This document shows, in pieces, positions 1-4,439 of a DNA stretch of 4,439 nt. The DNA comes from a virus (Duplodnaviria > Heunggongvirae > Uroviricota > Caudoviricetes). Position 1 is the first letter of the stretch. Each line of letters begins with the position of its first letter. A program made the translations under genes and the position numbers. The stretch lies in IMG/VR virus record IMGVR_UViG_2671180411_000006; one strand, 5' to 3'. Below the pieces are notes generated by a model. The model had not been told where the DNA came from. It saw only the letters and a program-made list of their open reading frames with translations, and made no database searches.

Positions 1-266
1 AGGCAGTTAAGAGTGTGTTCCCGGGGTTTGCTTAGAATATTTTGTAAGTTGTCCGAAGAGATATTTACAACACCAGAATGATGAATCATCAGTCCCCTGC
101 CAGAGGTTCACTACGTAACCTGACCGACAATGCACCATTCTGGTGCTGAAAAAAGAGCACTGGAACTGCAACAAAACAACATCACAGAACAGGAGATGGT
201 AAGGAGTCAGACATTCCCACACAATATTGTGTCAGTGCAAATAACAACCTTCGTCTCAAATCTCGC

Positions 267-341
<75 letters not shown>

Positions 342-344
342 ATA

Positions 345-420
<76 letters not shown>

Positions 421-422
421 GC

Positions 423-499
423 TGGCCCACCACCGAGGACTCGAACCTCGCACCGTCAACTTAGAAGGTTGATGCTCTATCCGGATGAGCTAGTGGTGG
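423..499 (-). tRNA. tRNA-Arg (anticodon UCU), 77 nt including CCA
   Basis: Reverse complement: acceptor CCACCAC/GUGGUGG (C1-G72 start), D-stem GCUC/GAGC, anticodon stem UCAAC/GUUGA fully paired, loop CUUCUAA, T-stem CGAGG/CCUCG, T-loop UUCGAGU, discriminator G, CCA. Confidence 0.8.
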
Positions 500-500
500 T

Positions 501-577
501 TGGTGGCCCTTGCTGGACTTGAACCAGCGACCTGGCGATTATGAGTCGCTCGCTCTGACCAACTGAGCTAAAGGGCC
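501..577 (-). tRNA. tRNA-Ile2 type (anticodon CAU, presumably lysidine-modified to read AUA), 77 nt including CCA
   Basis: Reverse complement GGCCCUUUAGCUCAGUUGGUCAGAGC...CUCAUAA...GGUUCAAGUCCAGCAAGGGCCACCA. Acceptor and T-arm fully paired; closely resembles my recollection of E. coli ileX/ileY rather than elongator or initiator tRNA-Met. Confidence 0.85.
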
Positions 578-586
578 GGAGGCAGA

Positions 587-615
587 ATAATAACCATATG
601 TCATCACATCTGCAA
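587..615 (-). promoter_or_regulatory. Putative sigma70 promoter for the tRNA cluster
   Basis: Minus strand reads TTGCAG (-35, 615..610), a 17-nt spacer, then TATTAT (-10, 592..587). This puts the predicted start 2-3 nt upstream of the mature 5' end of tRNA-Ile at 577. Confidence 0.45.
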
Positions 616-660
616 ACTCATCTGACCACCAGCACGTTTAACGTCCTGTGCCGTTTTTCA

Positions 661-679
661 GGTATAAAAAAACCCGCTC
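661..679 (-). terminator. Possible 3' half of an intrinsic terminator; the upstream stem would lie in the N-masked region
   Basis: Immediately after the N-run the minus strand reads GAGCGGG followed by UUUUUUU (plus-strand A-run 666-672). The complementary stem arm cannot be seen. Confidence 0.3.
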
Positions 680-935
680 NNNNNNNNNNNNNNNNNNNNN
701 NNNNNNNNNNNNNNNNNNNNNNNNNNNNNNNNNNNNNNNNNNNNNNNNNNNNNNNNNNNNNNNNNNNNNNNNNNNNNNNNNNNNNNNNNNNNNNNNNNNN
801 NNNNNNNNNNNNNNNNNNNNNNNNNNNNNNNNNNNNNNNNNNNNNNNNNNNNNNNNNNNNNNNNNNNNNNNNNNNNNNNNNNNNNNNNNNNNNNNNNNNN
901 NNNNNNNNNNNNNNNNNNNNNNNNNNNNNNNNNNN
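680..935. other. Unresolved sequence: 256 consecutive N (assembly gap or masked segment)
   Basis: Continuous n characters; all ORF-track translations through it are runs of X. Confidence 0.99.
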
Positions 936-1399
936 GCATCGGCGGGTACCTTTTCCGTGAACTCAACCTGACCGTGTTTATCGAAGTGGCTCAGTAATGC
1001 GCATCCATCATTTTCGATAGATGTGTTTTGTGCCGCTGGTGGCTGTTTCTGGTTGAAATAACAGTCTTCCAGTTTTTCGAACACTTCCCACGCCTGATCG
1101 GTTTCGAGCATTTTGGCGTGACGGGCTGCGCCACGTTCTGTCCAGAGGATGAGGGAGCGAACGTTACGGGCAATTTTCACAGAAACTCTTAAAGAGTTTT
1201 CGTTCTTCAACTCTCGTAACGCATCACCTTCTATCAGGAAAAAATGTTTACCTTCTATAAACCGTTCTTTGTTTCGATTGAAATTGTTTGTCAAACGCTG
1301 GCGCTCTGTTCCGTACAAATCAGCCAGCAGCTCTGTTGTCATGACAGGAAGATGGTTATGCGTAAGTGACGGGAGTTTTTCAATAGACGTGCGATTCAT
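936..1399 (-). CDS. ORF6N-domain / phage antirepressor-like DNA-binding protein, 3'-truncated by the gap
   Basis: Minus-strand ORF; proposed start ATG at 1399..1397 with AAGGA 7 nt upstream (alternative ATG at 1405). Motifs LADLYGTERQRLTNNFNRNKERFIEGKHFFLIEG and LWTERGAARHAKMLETDQAWEVFEKL resemble the ORF6N family pattern from memory. The frame stays open into the N-run, so the stop is not observed. Confidence 0.6.
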
Positions 1400-1541
1400 A
1401 GACATGTCCTTTCGAATATTTTGATTTACCCCTTTTGAGAGGGTGACCGGGCGCTCAAAACCGTCGAAAGTCGGCGGGCGTATTTCCATTGCTGGTATTG
1501 TATTAGCCGCACACCCGGTCATAAACCAAGAATTCTGGACA

Positions 1542-1570
1542 CAAAAAAACCACATGGCTATCGGGTGTGG
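1542..1570 (-). terminator. Weak hairpin followed by U7; possible attenuator or terminator in the leader of the ORF6N-like gene
   Basis: Minus-strand RNA CCACA-(11 nt loop)-UGUGG followed by UUUUUUU (plus-strand A-run 1543-1549). Stem is only 5 bp, so termination efficiency is doubtful. Confidence 0.3.
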
Positions 1571-1605
1571 ATACCGCTTTCGAGGTGTTTTGAGCACCGC
1601 GGGGA

Positions 1606-1634
1606 AATGTAAACTGCAAACCTGAAACTGTCAA
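1606..1634 (-). promoter_or_regulatory. Putative strong sigma70 promoter
   Basis: Minus strand: perfect -35 TTGACA (1634..1629), 17-nt spacer, -10 TACATT (1611..1606). Confidence 0.4.
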
Positions 1635-1761
1635 CACCGTCAGGTTCCAATCATCGGGTGGTGAGACGCACAGGGTTGGAACTACCGGGAAACCGACCGG
1701 CGAGCTTTTCAGCTCCCCCATGCGCCCCACCATAATTCAGATGTGCGCGTGCATACGACAA

Positions 1762-1784
1762 TAAAAAACACGCTCGCGGCGTGT
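1762..1784 (-). terminator. Intrinsic terminator, tR'-like, downstream of the PR'-like promoter
   Basis: Minus-strand RNA ACACGC-CGCGA-GCGUGU (6-bp stem, 4 GC pairs, 5-nt loop) followed by UUUUUAU. Lies about 55-75 nt downstream of the predicted start. Confidence 0.5.
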
Positions 1785-1845
1785 GTCTGTCGCGGTCTCT
1801 ATCCGGGGTTCCAATCCCGACGCCAGATTTTGCTGGCGCGTGAGG

Positions 1846-1875
1846 AATATAGCCCCGGACAATGTGTCTGGTCAA
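1846..1875 (-). promoter_or_regulatory. Putative late promoter (PR'-like) immediately downstream of Q; probable site of Q action
   Basis: Minus strand: -35 TTGACC (1875..1870) begins 5 nt after the Q stop codon, 18-nt spacer, -10 TATATT (1851..1846). Predicted start near 1839, followed by a perfect 6-bp inverted repeat CGCCAG/CUGGCG at 1838..1821. Confidence 0.45.
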
Positions 1876-1879
1876 GCAC

Positions 1880-2266
1880 CTACATAATTCGTTCTACGTA
1901 TCTGTCCATCTCCAGCCGGATATCAAGCATCATCAACATGCCATCAATAACCCCTTCCGCTTTCTGCAGGCGCTTGCCAATACAGGTATCCGAACACCCA
2001 TGTTTCCGTGCCAGACTCATAAAAGTCATTCCACCTACGTAATAATCCACCAGCAAATCGTGCAAATCCTGATTTTTCTTGTTCAACCGGGCCATACAGC
2101 CACAAATTATCATTGCATCATCATCAGAACACTGAGGGCGTGATTTCACTTTCGACGGAATTAACCCTTTAAAACCAGCAGCGATCGACGCCCAGGATAC
2201 ATCTTCATGAGTGTTTGCAGCCCAAGCCCCCCACCGTTCCATAACCTGCTGAATATCACGCGCCAT
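1880..2266 (-). CDS. Q: Late-gene antitermination protein Q (short QuuD-like family), 128 aa
   Basis: Translation [35 protein letters not shown]...[17 protein letters not shown]...LLVDYYV...MTFMSLA...[10 protein letters not shown] closely resembles my recollection of E. coli DLP12 QuuD. Start ATG at 2266 is preceded by AGGTGA at about 6 nt; the track start at 2287 adds 7 residues with a poorer RBS. Stop TAG at 1882..1880. Confidence 0.85.
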   Translation of the reverse strand: MARDIQQVMERWGAWAANTHEDVSWASIAAGFKGLIPSKVKSRPQCSDDDAMIICGCMARLNKKNQDLHDLLVDYYVGGMTFMSLARKHGCSDTCIGKRLQKAEGVIDGMLMMLDIRLEMDRYVERIM

Positions 2267-2627
2267 CGTTATCACCTGTGATTTCATAAATCTTCACGCC
2301 CAGTCGCCCACCAGGAACGAGCTGACCGCGCACAATATTGATTTCATCAAACTGCTCGTCGTCTATGAGTAGTCCGGCATGCGTCAGCGCATCCAGTGGT
2401 GCTTTCAGGATATTGTCCAGGTCACGACGGCGCTTATCCGGTGGCTCTGCAATAATCTTTATCGCCAGCCTTCCGGACAGGTTTAATTTCAGCCGCTGCT
2501 GGCGAACAATTAGCGTCACATCACGGCGATAACGCTCACCAACTTTTGATACAAAATATGTGCTGCCACGACGTCGCCAGTAAGTATTCACCGTCGGCGG
2601 ATAAGGTAAAATAAACTCATGGCGCAT
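2256..2627 (-). CDS. rusA: RusA-family Holliday junction resolvase, 123 aa
   Basis: Translation contains [14 protein letters not shown], the acidic motif [20 protein letters not shown] and IDDEQ, matching the RusA pattern (E. coli RusA has RRRDLDN). ATG at 2627 overlaps the upstream stop (TGATG); stop TGA at 2258..2256. Confidence 0.9.
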   Translation of the reverse strand: MRHEFILPYPPTVNTYWRRRGSTYFVSKVGERYRRDVTLIVRQQRLKLNLSGRLAIKIIAEPPDKRRRDLDNILKAPLDALTHAGLLIDDEQFDEINIVRGQLVPGGRLGVKIYEITGDNDGA

Positions 2628-2869
2628 CAGCGCAGCACCTCCTGCACCATTTTTTCAAACTTTCCAACTTTGGTTTCCAGCTCTGCCACACAATCAACGA
2701 GCTCATCCACCGCTTTTTGTGCGCGATGTTTCGCCTGCATCAGTTCCCTGAGCGCTGGCACCATATCCCGACGAATGGCATCTTTTGTTACACCTGTTTT
2801 TTCCAGTTGTTCCGCCTGTCGCAACATTTCCTGCGCGTGTTTACGCAATTGTTCAGAGGTAAAAGTCAT
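2627..2869 (-). CDS. Small hypothetical protein, about 80 aa, predicted all-helical / coiled-coil
   Basis: ORF packed between helicase stop and rusA start. Translation MTFTSEQLRKHAQEMLRQAEQLEKTGVTKDAIRRDMVPALRELMQAKHRAQKAVDELVDCVAELETKVGKFEKMVQEVLR is charged and helix-prone. Start is ambiguous: ATG at 2869 has a weak RBS; TTG at 2884 has GGAG 8 nt upstream. No family recognised. Confidence 0.5.
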   Translation of the reverse strand: MTFTSEQLRKHAQEMLRQAEQLEKTGVTKDAIRRDMVPALRELMQAKHRAQKAVDELVDCVAELETKVGKFEKMVQEVLR

Positions 2870-2880
2870 TGTCTGGTTGT

Positions 2881-4272
2881 TCAAAAGAAACGCTCCATCT
2901 TACTGCTGTCGGTACGTGTATTGCTGTATCTGCGCGGCTGGGGCTGCCGCATTGGGGTGGAAAGAACCTGTGCGCTTTCCTGGTCCACAGGCAGAAAATG
3001 TCCGTTATAAAAACGCCGGTAAATCGTCCCCAGAGAACCGTTACGTTGTTTCGTGATATTAATTTCTGCTATGCCTGTAGCCTGTGTATCCGGGTTGTAC
3101 ACTTCATCCCTGTAAAGCATCAGAATGATGTCTGCATCCGCCTCTATTTCTCCGGAATTTTTCAGGTCTGAGTTCATGGGACGTTTATTGGGTCTGGACT
3201 CCACACCGCGGGAGAGCTGGCTCAGCGCAATCAACGGAAAACCACCGGATTTTGCCAGGCCTTTAAGCCCCTTTGAGATTTCACCCACGGCAAGGTCATG
3301 ACGCCCCGTGGTTCGGGTTTTTATCAGCCCGAGATAATCAACCACCACCAGCGCCGTTTCCGGATGTTTAATCAGATGGTGTTTCGTTGTTGCGCATATC
3401 TCATCAATGGTCAGGTTCGCCTGGTCCACCATCCAGATATTGCGCCCGGTCATCCGCCCCACCCCTTGTGAGAAACGCGCCCAGTCTTCATCTTCAAAGT
3501 GAGCCACAGATTTCAGGCGTGATACTGGCATCCCTCCAGCCGCAGACACCATACGTTCACCAATCTGGATGTTCGCCATCTCCATGGTGAACAGAAGCAC
3601 ACCATGCCCCTGCTCAGTCACCTTGTCGATGATGTCCAGCGCAAGTTCGGTTTTCCCCATCGAAGGACGGGCGGCAATGAATACCAGGTCTCCGGGCTCC
3701 ATACCGCCTGTTTTTGCGTCCAGTTCATCAATACCGGTCATCAACGTCCTGGATTTCTCCAGCCCCTGATTCCGGCATTCAACACGCTCAACCACTTCCG
3801 GAAGCACATCATCAATATGTACCGGCTGAATGACGCCCTTTCCTGTCGACAGTGTGACCATCATGTTCTGCGCATCCTTCAGGGCATCTTCAGCTGCTTC
3901 ACAGGTATGCGCATCACGTAATTTCTGCAGCGCCTCATTCAGTGTTTTTTCTGCATCGCGCAGTGCGGCATTGCGCCGCAACGCTGCAACATAGTGCTCC
4001 AGTGAAGACTTCACCCAGGTTTTACGCCCGGTATCAGTAATCACCGGGGCAAGTTCCGGCATCTCATTACACAACAGCACGGGGTCAATCACTCCTGAAA
4101 CACGGGCCTGTCTGCAGATGCCTGTGTAGATATCCCGATACGCTCGTACAGAAAAAATGTCCGCCGGTAGTGTGATCAGAATATCCATCACTTCATGATC
4201 TGCCCCACGCAGAAAGAATGCGCCAATGACAGCGCCTTCCAGGTCATCATTACGCCAGACTGGTGTTGTCAT
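2881..4272 (-). CDS. DnaB-family replicative DNA helicase (phage P22 gene 12 type), 463 aa
   Basis: Walker A AARPSMGKTELALD, Walker B-like ALVVVDYLGLI, and motifs GEISKGLKGLAKSGGFPLIALSQLSRGVE and ADADIILMLYRDEVY parallel E. coli DnaB. Start ATG at 4272 (MTTPVWRNDDLEGAVIGAF...) has GAGGTG about 8 nt upstream; the longer track ORF from GTG at 4413 is probably 5' over-extension. Stop TGA at 2883..2881. Confidence 0.92.
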   Translation of the reverse strand: MTTPVWRNDDLEGAVIGAFFLRGADHEVMDILITLPADIFSVRAYRDIYTGICRQARVSGVIDPVLLCNEMPELAPVITDTGRKTWVKSSLEHYVAALRRNAALRDAEKTLNEALQKLRDAHTCEAAEDALKDAQNMMVTLSTGKGVIQPVHIDDVLPEVVERVECRNQGLEKSRTLMTGIDELDAKTGGMEPGDLVFIAARPSMGKTELALDIIDKVTEQGHGVLLFTMEMANIQIGERMVSAAGGMPVSRLKSVAHFEDEDWARFSQGVGRMTGRNIWMVDQANLTIDEICATTKHHLIKHPETALVVVDYLGLIKTRTTGRHDLAVGEISKGLKGLAKSGGFPLIALSQLSRGVESRPNKRPMNSDLKNSGEIEADADIILMLYRDEVYNPDTQATGIAEINITKQRNGSLGTIYRRFYNGHFLPVDQESAQVLSTPMRQPQPRRYSNTRTDSSKMERFF

Positions 4273-4439
4273 GCAGCCACACCTCTGATACAAGAACGGT
4301 AGCTGGGCCAGTTGAACGACAACCAGTTGCGCCCCCCGTCTGTGATCCTGTCGGCAATGCGGGGGCTGATGAACGCTGGATTTGCCCCTATATTTCCAGA
4401 CACCTGTTATCACTTAACCCATTACTGGCTTGCTGCCGT

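Noticed and set aside
598-971. Track ORFs 598-960 (+), 648-971 (+) and 658-966 (-) consisting mostly of X
   Set aside because: Artefacts of translating through the 256-nt N-run; no reading frame can be inferred across unresolved sequence.
1503-1875. Minus-strand ORFs 1503-1733 and 1651-1875
   Set aside because: They run across the promoter and terminator elements between Q and the ORF6N-like gene, have Pro/Gly/Arg-rich odd composition and poor start contexts. More likely non-coding regulatory DNA.
2266-2287. Q start at ATG 2287 (135 aa)
   Set aside because: Upstream context is a poor RBS, whereas ATG 2266 has AGGTGA at optimal spacing and gives an N-terminus matching QuuD-like proteins; kept only as an alternative.
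1149-3921. Plus-strand ORFs 1149-1424, 1443-1625, 1743-2042, 1862-2143, 2338-2532, 2619-3056, 2717-3010, 2869-3171, 3387-3590, 3569-3769 and 3604-3921
   Set aside because: Each lies antisense to a minus-strand gene with clear family motifs or to promoter/terminator DNA, and the translations are Cys/Ser/Arg-rich low-complexity with no recognisable motifs. Treated as shadow ORFs.
4273-4413. Extension of the helicase ORF to a GTG at 4413 (510 aa)
   Set aside because: The added N-terminal 47 residues lack helicase motifs, whereas the internal ATG at 4272 has a good GAGGTG RBS and begins a DnaB-like N-terminus.

Overview
This window reads as the replication/nin/late-regulatory segment of a lambdoid (P22/DLP12-like) phage or prophage, with every supported gene on the minus strand (transcription right to left). 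In order of transcription: a DnaB-family replicative helicase (2881-4272), a small helical protein of unknown function (2627-2869), a RusA Holliday-junction resolvase (2256-2627), a short QuuD-like antiterminator Q (1880-2266), a PR'-like promoter with a nearby intrinsic terminator (1762-1875), a second promoter-like site with a weak hairpin and U-run (1542-1634), an ORF6N/antirepressor-like gene whose 3' end is lost in a 256-nt run of N (680-935), and a tightly packed four-tRNA cluster (Ile-CAU, Arg-UCU, Thr-UGU, Gly-UCC; 267-577) with its own promoter-like site. All plus-strand ORFs in the track look like shadow ORFs. I see no CRISPR array, IS element or rRNA. The most unusual element is the expanded phage-borne tRNA operon; the most uncertain parts are the N-masked gap and the 80-aa protein. 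All calls are by eye and recalled homology, with no searches run.
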